A stretch of DNA of 63,546 bases, filler included, from Octopus bimaculoides (GCF_001194135.2; 4 parts of 3 records of this genome joined end to end with filler, not necessarily neighbours in it); one strand, 5' to 3'; counted from the first letter of the whole stretch, positions 23,841 through 34,126 are shown. Numbers and translations are program-made. Notes: generated by a model from the letters alone, not told the origin.

Positions 23841-24129
23841 ATGTAAACATGTAGTGTTCCAGATGTTTTCTTTGTGCAACAGCTGTAGTGAGATAATGTT
23901 GCAGCTCATAAGACCAAGCCTAAAGGAGTCACAAAACTGAAGGAATGCTAAAATAGCCAACAATTTCAAGTACAGTAGATGTTAATTTTCTCCAACAGGG
24001 TTAAATGAATGGAGTATACATGGCACAAGCTTATGGACCTGTTATATTTTTAAAAAGTGTTTGCAGCCATTTACTCTGAGTTTCTTACGTTAAATACATC
24101 ATCATAGAATTGACCCCCAGGTATTTTCA

Positions 24130-25080
24130 AGTAAAAGTTTATGTTCACTCTGTTGAACAAGTATGGATAAATGGTTTTCTATCAATAAAAATGTTAATCG
24201 CTCACAAGGCTTTCTTTTATAGAAGTATGAAACCATGACTCCCAGCTGCTCAAGATATGTCAGCTCCAGGATTAAGACAACAATAATATAATATTTGTAG
24301 TAGGCTTGCACATTTTTCTAAGATTTCTACCAATCTGTTGTACATGGTTTGGCCAGATAAAAAGCATCTACTTTCTCATTTTTACATTTGTTGAGATGAT
24401 CATGTAAAAATAAGTTCAATGATTCTGCCAATGAAGCTTCTATTGTTTGGTGAGCTCTATTTCTCATCCCTCTAAGTGTCAAACCTTTATTACTTAAAAA
24501 CCTTCAAAGCATTTGCAGCTCTTTTCAATGCCTCAAACAAGTATTGTGTGCTTCAAGTTACTGACCCTCAGTATTTCCATTTGATTTTCTACATGTTCAA
24601 TACATCATACTTTAATGTTGCACCCTGTCTTCTCTGATTCTCAAGTTTTAAATGTTTAACCAGTCAGAAAACTCATTTAGAAGTGTCTGGAAACAAAAGA
24701 CTGTATATGCAGCTTTAGCTCTTTGAATAAACTAGCCAAGATCTCATTTTTAATCTATTATTAAAATATCTGTTCAAGAAATTTGTTTTGCTCCTGTAAA
24801 CCCTGCTTGATTTGGTATATAGTATCACCTGTTTTTATTTTATAGTTTGAAAACTATCCAGTAAACAGTTCTTTAAGAAATCTTAAAATCACTGAATTCA
24901 CTTTCTATTTCATTTCATGGTACTTTCATTTTTGACCATTTTGATCTGTATCAACATATGCCAACAGTGAGTTGAGTGCTGTCAGAAAGAACTTCCACAT
25001 TTTGTTTATTATCACTGGCTTCTCTGTTTGCTTGGCTTGTTTTCACAGTAGATGCTGACAAATTCTACATAGTAAAATAG
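24130..25080 (-). pseudogene. probable Ty3/gypsy pol (RT-RNase H) relic, very degraded
   Basis: Minus-strand remnants in gypsy order: GAKQI, EAHNTCL.EALKRAANA, SPNNRSFIG, VDAF..QQ, LEQLGV(W), IDRKPF (compare DAS..GAVL.Q, ELLAVVWA, TDHKPL). Many frameshifts. Confidence 0.45.
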
Positions 25081-25188
25081 TTTAATAGGTTTTGATATTT
25101 AAAAAGTTTGCCAGATAACTATCCCTTAAGTACATGTTTTTGACATTAACTTCAGTATTTTCATGAACCCATTGTTATTCCTCTAGAG

Positions 25189-25400
25189 CAGGAGTCGCCA
25201 AACTTTTTCGACATTGACCCCCTTTAGCCACTTCTTCCGCATTGACCCCGCTCCTCATTTAAAATATCTTAATACCCTACCGTACCACATCTTAAATGCA
25301 TAGCAGGTACTGATGCTGGCAAAAACGCTTACAAGATATGTATTTAATATCTTATCTCCCCTGGCTGGCCTGGTCATTTCCGTAAGCAAACACTTGACAG
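25189..25400 (+). mobile_element. hAT (Charlie-like) transposon terminus
   Basis: CAGGAGTCGCCAAACTTTTT immediately preceded by the 8-bp palindrome CTCTAGAG; second terminus not found. Confidence 0.65.
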
Positions 25401-26062
25401 TCCACATCACACACATATTTGTACATGCATATGTACCAATATATGTGTCCGGCTGCTATTTCTTTTCGTTCTTGAAATCACCAAGCTCGCACGTACTTCT
25501 TTGCCCCTCCTGTATGTGCTTCACAGCGTTCAAGACATACACACTTCACGTCTGGTTGTACAGCCTTCTTGTTTGTTTATTTCACAGTTTCGTTTTCCTG
25601 TCTTGTTTTCCGTCCGCCACTNNNNNNNNNNNNNNNNNNNNNNNNNNNNNNNNNNNNNNNNNNNNNNNNNNNNNNNNNNNNNNNNNNNNNNNNNNNNNNN
25701 NNNNNNNNNNNNNNNNNNNNNNNNNNNNNNNNNNNNNNNNNNNNNNNNNNNNNNNNNNNNNNNNNNNNNNNNNNNNNNNNNNNNNNNNNNNNNNNNNNNN
25801 NNNNNNNNNNNNNNNNNNNNNNNNNNNNNNNNNNNNNNNNNNNNNNNNNNNNNNNNNNNNNNCTTAATTCTTCGAAACGCTGGAGTCTTAATGGTGGCAG
25901 CTGATGAAGGGGATGTTTCTATGTGGCCTGCTTGTTTGTTGCACCTTGTTTACCATTTTGTCCTTGTTCTTTTGCCACGTCATGTACCCAGGTATGTATC
26001 TATATGTACATGTAGATGAACGTATATACATACATGTACATATATATGCATATACTCATATT

Positions 26063-26100
<38 letters not shown>

Positions 26101-26307
26101 CTACTTACTGCTATTTCTCCTACCCACTAGAGTGAAATCTGCCATCTTTATCCATTTTTGGCTGTTCCCCAACTGTCAGACTTTTGGCAGTTTATTTCAT
26201 GTGTTTGGCCATTTGACAACACTTGAAAATATACACAGCTAAGCTAAGAATTTCTCTTATTTTTAATCGCCACATTCATTCAAACCCATCTAACTCGCAA
26301 CATTATT

Positions 26308-26479
26308 AACCTTGTTTCTTGGCTATATATATATTTCGTACTATTCTCTAAAATAATTCTTTCTTATTTGTTCTGCTCCCTAAAATGACTAACCTCTTTT
26401 CTTGGCTATATGTACATACATAATTCGTATTTTTTTCTAAAATAATTCTTTCTTATTTGCTCTGCTCCTTAGAATGACT
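26308..26479. repeat. two-unit ~85-bp tandem duplication
   Basis: AACC...TTCTTGGCTATA...TCTAAAATAATTCTTTCTTATTTG.TCTGCTCC.TA.AATGACT occurs twice. Confidence 0.8.
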
Positions 26480-26929
26480 CTCTTGTTCATGGTTGTGCCT
26501 ACTCTCTCCTGCCCCCACCACCAATACCAGAAATCTCATCTCTCTTATCAGACATCCAGTTGCCCTTCCTCTCTCTCCCTTTCTTATATTGGTAATCTCG
26601 CTGCTCTTTCCTTTCTCTCCCCTTCTCTGGACTAACCAAACTAGATAGCAGCCCACATACCCTATTTAACAATGGTATATTTATACATCTACCTTCCTTT
26701 TTTATTCTTTGTTTTCATTTATACCTGCAACATCAGTAATGCTTACATCCACAAAGCTCATAACGCTTATATTTATAATGCCCCAAACACTTTCATATAC
26801 AATGTTTCCTTAATCCCACCCCACAGTAGAGACAACAACCTTAACAATTCTCACATGATTAAATGACGGTAGGTTAAAAGCAAGAACAACTACTATGACG
26901 TCTGTTACCAAACAATCACGGGAACTTTC

Positions 26930-27893
26930 TTTTCCAGTGCTGAATGATGCATGTGTGCGAACTGCCATGCTACATGGCAGTGAAACATGAGCCATGACTA
27001 CTGAAGACATGCGTAGACTTGAAAGAAATAAAGCTACTATGATTTGCTGGATGTGTAATGTAAGTGTGCATACACGACAGAGTGTGAGAACCTTGAGAGA
27101 AAAGTTTGACATAAGAAGCATCAAATGTGGTGTGTAAGAGGGATGACTGCGCTAGTATGGAATATGTGTTACGTATGGACGAGGATAGCTGTGTGAGGAA
27201 GTGTCACATCCTACCTGTGGAAGGAACCTAGAACTGTGGAAGAGGCAGACCCAGGAAGACACGGGATGAGGTGGTGAAGCATGACCTTCAAACATCAGGC
27301 TTCACAGAGGCAATGACAGGAGACTGAGACCTTTGGAGATATGCTGTGATTGAGAAGACCCAACAACTAAAGTGAGATTGCAGCCATGGCCGATGCCAGT
27401 ATTGTATGTCCGGCCAATTTAAAAGTACCCTTGATGTGTCGGGTGATATGATATGCTTGAGAAGACCTGTTGAATCAAGTAAAACCAATATCGTAGCTGT
27501 AGCCAGTGCCCACTGACTGGCTCCCATGCCGGTGGCAAATAAAATGCACCATCCGAACATGGTTGATGCCAGTGCCCCCTAACTGGCTCCCATGCCAGAG
27601 GCATGTAAAAAGCACCATCCGAACATGGTCAATGCCAAGTCTGCCTGAATGGTCTCTGTACCGGTGACATGTGAAAAGCACTATCCAAACATGATCGATG
27701 CCAGAGCCACCTCACTGGCCCCTGTTCCAGTGGCACATAAAAAGGACCCACTACACTCTCGGTGTGGTTGGCATTAGGAAGGGCATTGCCAACTAGATTG
27801 GAGTCTGGTGCAGTCGCTGGCTTTCCAGACCTCAGTCAAACCGTCTAACCCATGCCAACATGGAAAACGGATGTTAAATGATGATGATGATGA

Positions 27894-27897
<4 letters not shown>
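26930..27897 (+). mobile_element. RTE-clade LINE 3' end (RT C-terminus, 3' UTR, (GAT)n tail)
   Basis: ACVRTAMLHGSET*AM...RRLERN...LREKFDI...VLRMDEDSCVRKC...GRGRPRKTRDEVVKHDL...WRYAV, followed by a UTR ending GGAAAACGGATGTTAAATGATGATGAT. Confidence 0.9.
27502..27745 (+). repeat. 66-bp tandem array (~3.6 units) inside the RTE 3' UTR
   Basis: Units start at 27502, 27568, 27634 and 27700 (GCCAGTGCC...CTGGCTCCCATGCC...AAAAGCACCATCCGAACATGGTTGAT). Confidence 0.85.
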
Positions 27898-27936
<39 letters not shown>

Positions 27937-27939
27937 CAA

Positions 27940-28588
27940 CAAGGGGAAGTCAAAAATTCTCCACACTTTCGCCATAACATATCTTTATTATTGTCACACT
28001 GCCTTCTGCTCATATGAGCATATAATTGGTACTATTGTAGTCACGTGATCGAATTTTGAGCCTGATCATGCCATTTTTCTTTCTGGTTTTATAGTGTAAG
28101 CGTGGCTGCTCCACTAGCAATGTATATCAAAGAAGAACAAAGAGCGGTGAGCTGATTTCTCTGTTAAGTGCTGAAAATCATTGGAGGCTTTTAGCGCAAT
28201 ACAAGGACAGTACACTGCCACATAGAAGTGTGTATGAGTGGATTGAGAAGTTTTAAAATGGCTGGACAAGCGTAACGTACAAAGAGGGAGCAGGACACCT
28301 GTCAACCTCCACCACTGAGTAGAATATTCAGCAAGCTTGAGAGATGGTAATGGTGAACTGGTTCACCATTACTTGGATCATTGCTCTTTGTTCTTCTTTG
28401 GTGCACATTGCTAGTGGAGCAGCCATGCTTACACTGTAAAGCTAGAAAGAAAAATGGCACGATCAGGCTCAAACTTTGATCATATGACCACAATAGTATC
28501 AACTATAAGCACACATGCACAGAAGGCAGTGTGACAATAATAAACATATATTATGGCGGAAGTGTGGATAAATTTTGACTTCCCCTCG
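27940..28588. mobile_element. mariner-derived fold-back element (two left ends head to head)
   Basis: 27940-28151 and 28377-28588 are ~210-bp inverted repeats beginning (T)ACGAGGGGAAGTCAAAA; the spacer continues the transposase N-terminus (EQRAV...RSVYEWIEKF*NG). Confidence 0.9.
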
Positions 28589-28980
28589 TATTGGGGTGAG
28601 TGTTTGTTTTTATGCCAAGTTATAATAAAAACAATTTTACCTTAAGCTAAAGGATTACTCAATATTTTTGTAAAGTACATATTTATAATTCTTTCACAAG
28701 AATCATATTGACAGTAACTTCAAAGTTTCAACTAATTAAGCCATCATATACATAATTTTTGTGTCCAGAGAGGGCTTCACTGAATTGATAAGGGTATACA
28801 ACTCTCACTATGAGAAAGGATTTTTTTCTCCACAGTAAACTGCAGAGAAATTGCTTTTAGAAGTCATAAACATATTTGAACTTGAAGATTTTTTTATAGA
28901 TATATTCATGTAGCAGCATATATATACTGAAACAAAGTGTATTTTCACCAGCTCTACTGCTCATAAATTATGATATATAT

Positions 28981-29205
28981 TTAACCCTTTCATTACCAAC
29001 CTGGCTGAAACCGCCTCTGGCTTTGTAGTACAAATGTCTTGTTTTCATAAGTTTTGAATTAAAACCTCCCACCAAACCTTAATCACAATTAATGTTCCTA
29101 ACACTAGCTGAATGATAACCAAGTTATTTTACTAAATTCTTTGTTATATTTAAAGTAATTGAAAGAAACACAGAGCACCTCAAAATAAATACAGTAACAA
29201 ACTTG
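28981..29205 (+). mobile_element. piggyBac-like MITE, right end clipped
   Basis: TTAA+CCCTTTCATTACCAACC start; body matches 19355-19820; ends CAGTAACAAA without the closing AGGG-TTAA. Confidence 0.6.
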
Positions 29206-29479
29206 TACCTATGGCAGAGTTTTGAAATAGACATCCATCTGGCAACATTCTTTACAAATATTTTTCAAACATTTTTTTTGATTTCTATGTTTAAACATTT
29301 TTTGTTAGTCCTCCCTTCCTCCATTTCAGAATACACAACTGGCTATAACTTTTCCATCTATTTTATATAGTATGAAAGTGTTGCCCACAACAGCACAATG
29401 CTAAAATAACCACACAGACAACAAAATAAACATGTGACTACCATAAAAGAAATATTCACACCCACCAATAACACTTTAC

Positions 29480-29549
29480 ATTCTGAAGGTATGACTGAAA
29501 GTTTAGAAACACTGGTGAAGAATTGAGGAACTTTATTGTTCCAAACAAA
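29480..29549 (-). CDS. candidate 70-bp internal exon of an unidentified minus-strand gene
   Basis: Long pyrimidine tract TTTTTTGTTTCATGTTTTCATATAATTCCCTTGCAG, donor AAT|GTAAAG; two frames open (FVWNNKVPQFFTSVSKLSVIPSE or LFGTIKFLNSSPVFLNFQSYLQN). Confidence 0.35.
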
Positions 29550-29675
29550 CTGCAAGGGAATTATATGAAAACATGAAACAAAAAATATAAAAAAAGACAA
29601 AAATATAGTAATGTTTCAATACATGCCTATATGTACAAATATTTATATGAATATATATATATATATATCATGTAT

Positions 29676-29880
29676 CTTTTGTTTCAGTCATTAGACTGTG
29701 GCCATGCTGGAGTACTGCCTTCAAGAAATTTTAGTTGAATGAATTGATCTTAGTACTTTTTTTAAGCCTTGTACTTATTCTATCAGTCTCTCTTACCGAA
29801 CCACTAAGTTACAGGGATATAAACAAAACAACACTGATTGTCAAACAGTAGTAGGGGACATCCTCAGACACAAAGACACA
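29676..29880 (-). mobile_element. SINE type A 3' half
   Basis: TCTTTTGTTTCAGTCATTAGACTGTGGCCATGCTGGAG...GTACTTATTCTATC...CCGAACCACTAAGTTAC. Confidence 0.85.
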
Positions 29881-29962
29881 TACACTCATATAATATATAT
29901 TATCGAATTCTTCCAATTGCAAGTTGCTTATGAATTCTTCCAATTGCAAGTTTTCTTTTCAG

Positions 29963-30170
29963 GTACACGACACTGCTTCCCCCTTTCCCAGGCTACAGGC
30001 CCACACCCATACTGTTAGGATTGGCACTCTCAACGTCGGCACGCTGAAAGGTAGATCTGGTGAAATTGTTGAGATGCTTGAACGGAGACGCGTAGATATG
30101 TGTTGCATCCAGGAAGTAAGATGGAGAGGAGGTTCTGCGAGGTTCCTCACAGGCAAAGAACACAGGTACA
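29963..30170 (+). pseudogene. RTE LINE apurinic-like endonuclease N-terminus, uninterrupted, cut by gap
   Basis: VRIGTLNVGTLKGRSGEIVEMLERRRVDMCCIQEVRWRGGSARFLTGKEHRY carries the LNVGT and D..CIQE.RW endonuclease motifs. Confidence 0.9.
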
Positions 30171-30270
30171 NNNNNNNNNNNNNNNNNNNNNNNNNNNNNN
30201 NNNNNNNNNNNNNNTTAATTAATTAANNNNNNNNNNNNNNNNNNNNNNNNNNNNNNNNNNNNNNNNNNNN
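30171..30270. other. assembly gap spacer (44 N, TTAATTAATTAA, 44 N)
   Basis: Identical 100-bp construct at 53002-53101 and 60027-60126; the 12-mer places stops in all six frames. Confidence 0.95.
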
Positions 30271-30310
<40 letters not shown>

Positions 30311-30344
30311 AAACAAACATACACACACACACAAAAGGAACAAA

Positions 30345-30552
30345 GGCACTTCTCGAACCATCGGCTCATGAGGCCGGTTTTGAGATTTTGTGCGGACATT
30401 GGTCCGTCGCAGGATTGCTCAAATCTGTCATCGGAGTGAAGCTGAGCAACGTGAACCGAAGTGTTTTGCTAAAGAACACAACGTATCACCCGACCCAGGA
30501 ATCGAAACTGCAATCTTACGGTCATGGGTGCAATACCCTAACCACTAAGCCA
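30345..30552 (-). mobile_element. tRNA-derived SINE type B (tail variant 2)
   Basis: Reverse complement TGGCTTAGTGGTTAGGGTATT...GTTTCGATTCCTGGGTCGGGTGATACGTTGTGTTCTTTAGCAAAACACTT...CACGTTGCTC; A- and B-box-like motifs. Confidence 0.8.
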
Positions 30553-30639
30553 TGTTTTATGGGTTTATTTTTGTTTTGTTTTTGAAATGGTTAGAGAAAT
30601 AGGGTCAAGATTTCTTCACTTATTGGTTAATATTTTGTT

Positions 30640-30812
30640 TCTGCTTACCGGCATTTCGTTCGTCGCTACATCCTGAGTTCAAATTCCGCCGAAGTCTACT
30701 TTGCCTTTCATCCTTTCGGGGTCGATAAATTAAGTACCAGTAGCGTACTGGAGTCGATCTAATCGACTGGCCCCCTCCACCAAATTTCTAGCGTGTGACT
30801 AGAGTAGAAAAG

Positions 30813-30870
<58 letters not shown>

Positions 30871-31225
30871 GTAGTAGTAGTAGTAGTAGTAGTATTAAGA
30901 CAGCGAACTGGCAGAATCGTTAACACGCTCGGCCAATTGCTTAGCGGCATTTCGTCCTTCGTTACATTCTCAGTCCAGATTCCGCCGAAGTCCACTTAGC
31001 CTTTCATCCTTTCGGAGTCGATAAAATAACTACCATTTGAGCACCGGGGTCGATGTTATAAATTTAACCCCACNNNNNNNNNNNNNNNNNNNNNNNNNNN
31101 NNNNNNNNNNNNNNNNNNNNNNNNNNNNNNNNNNNNNNNNNNNNNNNNNNNNNNNNNNNNNNNNNNNCCCCCACCCCCACCACCACCTCTAAATTGCTGG
31201 CCTTGTGCCAAAATTTGAAACCTAT
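30640..31225 (+). mobile_element. two tandem SINE type C copies separated by (ATT)n(AGT)n
   Basis: Both carry GAGTTCAAATTCCGCC...GCCTTTCATCCTTTCGG.GTCGATAAA..AA.TACCA...GG.GTCGAT; the second begins at 30896. Confidence 0.85.
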
Positions 31226-31227
31226 AC

Positions 31228-31410
31228 TAACATTGTGGTGCACCAGCATTTAAATCCCAAACACAGCCACCCAGTCGTTAACGTTTCTGTGTATCAACAA
31301 TTGATTCACAGACGCGGTTGTCTCGTTTTCGACGTTGCTGTGTATCAACATTTAAGTTATACTCACCATCGTTTTGTTCCTAACGTTGTTTCTATGTCAA
31401 TATTTGAACC
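31228..31410. repeat. degenerate 51-bp tandem repeat (4 units)
   Basis: Units at 31228, 31279, 31330 and 31381 (TAACGTT.CTGTGTATCAACA.TT). Confidence 0.7.
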
Positions 31411-31979
31411 ACGGGCGTCATCACCTCTTCTAGTGTTCTGTGCATCAAAGATTACGTCACAGATTTGTTTCAGCTTCTTAAAACGTTGCTGCCACTTGTT
31501 TCCCGTTTTCGCTGATATTCCGCTAAAATAGTGATACCTATAATTATTTAATTAACCTTTAATTATTGCAAATATGTCTTTCAGTTACTATTTCGATTTC
31601 AGTTAGACAATAGGTGTAATTAATTTTAAATTAGGTATGCATTTACGATTATATTAATGTATGTTACAACAGATTATCGTTATAAATAAAGCATATTATA
31701 GCTAAATATTATTATAAACGCTGTAAATGAAAGCTAATTGGCATTGTAGATGACATACACCGTTACTTCGTACATTATATATGATTCTCATTATAATTAA
31801 AGTATATTTTAGTTATAATTAATTATAGTTTTGAAAATACAAATATAATTCCTAACGGAAATTTTAATGAGTGTAATAATAAAAAAAATATTTTGATATA
31901 AAATAAATTAATATATAACACAATTTAAAGAAGAACAAAAGGAAGTGGAAAACAATTATCTCCGTTTATGCGTGTCTAA

Positions 31980-32022
<43 letters not shown>

Positions 32023-32724
32023 NNNNNNNNNNNNNNNNNNNNNNNNNNNNNNNNNNNNNNNNNNNNNNNNNNNNNNNNNNNNNNNNNNNNNNNNNNNNNN
32101 NNNNNNNNNNNNNNNNNNNNNNNNNNNNNNNNNNNNNNNNNNNNNNNNNNNNNNNNNNNNNNNNNNNNNNNNNNNNNNNNNNNNNNNNNNNNNNNNNNNN
32201 NNNNNNNNNNNNNNNNNNNNNNNNNNNNNNNNNNNNNNNNNNNNNNNNNNNNNNNNNNNNNNNNNNNNNNNNNNNNNNNNNNNNNNNNNNNNNNNNNNNN
32301 NNNNNNNNNNNNNNNNNNNNNNNNNNNNNNNNNNNNNNNNNNNNNNNNNNNNNNNNNNNNNNNNNNNNNNNNNNNNNNNNNNNNNNNNNNNNNNNNNNNN
32401 NNNNNNNNNNNNNNNNNNNNNNNNNNNNNNNNNNNNNNNNNNNNNNNNNNNNNNNNNNNNNNNNNNNNNNNNNNNNNNNNNNNNNNNNNNNNNNNNNNNN
32501 NNNNNNNNNNNNNNNNNNNNNNNNNNNNNNNNNNNNNNNNNNNNNNNNNNNNNNNNNNNNNNNNNNNNNNNNNNNNNNNNNNNNNNNNNNNNNNNNNNNN
32601 NNNNNNNNNNNNNNNNNNNNNNNNNNNNNNNNNNNNNNNNNNNNNNNNNNNNNNNNNNNNNNNNNNNNNNNNNNNNNNNNNNNNNNNNNNNNNNNNNNNN
32701 NNNNNNNNNNNNNNNNNNNNNNNN

Positions 32725-32765
<41 letters not shown>

Positions 32766-33391
32766 TCTGTTTTGTCTGGGGAGAGTCATTCTCTTTTAGT
32801 GCATTATAATTTAACACATTCACCGGTAAAATTTCCACTTATTTCTTATTTATTTTCTAAAATTTTCGTTGCATTTTGCAACCTTTTCAATAGTTTTGAC
32901 TCACTCTATATAAAATATGATTTCTTTTACGTATTATCAGAATTCAATATAATAAAGTGTTAGGCAAGTATAGAGCGTAATATCAATTGAAGAATGGCAA
33001 GGGGACAGGTATTACGTAATCAATTTCATCAGCTTACGGCTGTTTCTGCAGCACACTCAGAGGTGAGTACTTGTGCAGCATCTAATAGCTTCCTCGGAGC
33101 CAAACAACGTATTGGGTTGTCAAATAAATTCATTCATTTCGCTCATATCATTTGAGTTAAGCGAAAAATATTTTTATAATTGTATTTTATATACCTTTTG
33201 CAGCTATATTCTTCCTCCACAATCTATTTCTTGTATTTGAAATTTGGTAAATAACTGCCAAAAATAAATAGATAAATATATGTGCTCGGAATATAAATGA
33301 AAAACTAAAACGAAACCCAAAACAAAACAAAACGAATTTATCTGACAACCCAATATTTAGTGCCCTTTTCTTTCGTTGTATATTCATGCGA

Positions 33392-33707
33392 GTGAAGACT
33401 CGTGGCTTAGTGCGTAGGACATTCGGCTCACGCTCGTGAGTTCGACTCCCGGCGACGCGTTGTGTCCTTGAGCAAGACAGTTTATTTCACGTTGCTCCGG
33501 TCTACTCAGCCGGGAAAAATGAGTTGTACCTGTATTTCAAAGGGTCAGCCTTGTCACTTTCTGTATCATGCTGAATCTCCCTGACAACTACGTTAAGGGC
33601 ACACGTGTCTGTGGAGTGTCAGCCACTTGGACATTAATTTCGCGAGCAAGCTGTTCCGTTGATCGGATCAGCTGGGACCCTCGTCGTCGTAACCGACGGA
33701 GTGCTCC
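33392..33707 (+). mobile_element. SINE type B (tail variant 1), full length
   Basis: GTGGCTTAGTG...GTGAGTTCGACTCCCGGCGACGCGTTGTGTCCTTGAGCAAGACA...AAAAATGAGTTGTACC...GTCGTAACCGACGGAGTGC. Confidence 0.85.
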
Positions 33708-33735
33708 TTTATATGTATGCGTATATAGAAATACA

Positions 33736-33785
<50 letters not shown>

Positions 33786-33788
<3 letters not shown>

Positions 33789-34051
33789 TTTTGTTTCAGT
33801 CATTTGACTGCGGCCGTGCTGGAGCACCGCCTTTAGTCGAACAGATCGACCCCAGGACTTATTCATTGTAAGCCTAGTACTTATTCTATCGCTATCTTTT
33901 TGCCGAACCGCTAGTTTAGGGGGACGTAAGCACACCAACATCAGTTGTCAAGTGATGGTGGTGGTGGTGGTGGTGGCACAAACAGACACAGAAACATACA
34001 CACACTCACACAGACGCGCACGCGCACACACACTCATATATATACCTACCT

Positions 34052-34083
<32 letters not shown>

Positions 34084-34095
34084 ACACACGCACAC

Positions 34096-34126
<31 letters not shown>

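Noticed and set aside
27502-27745. Regularly spaced repeats (66 bp; also 51 bp at 31228 and 82 bp at 53570) as CRISPR arrays
   Set aside because: Units are contiguous diverged tandem copies without unique spacers, there are no cas genes, and the context is eukaryotic.
30215-30226. TTAATTAATTAA as a homeodomain site or piggyBac target
   Set aside because: It is an artificial linker centred in fixed-length gaps.
33024-33067. Minus-strand CUGAGUG...GAAACAGCCGUA hammerhead-like string
   Set aside because: Core is not CUGANGA and stem II is unconvincing; at most a decayed pseudo-LTR.
33392-33470. tRNA-like A/B boxes here and at 12049, 49359 and 63198 as tRNA genes
   Set aside because: No complete cloverleaf; each continues into a SINE body.
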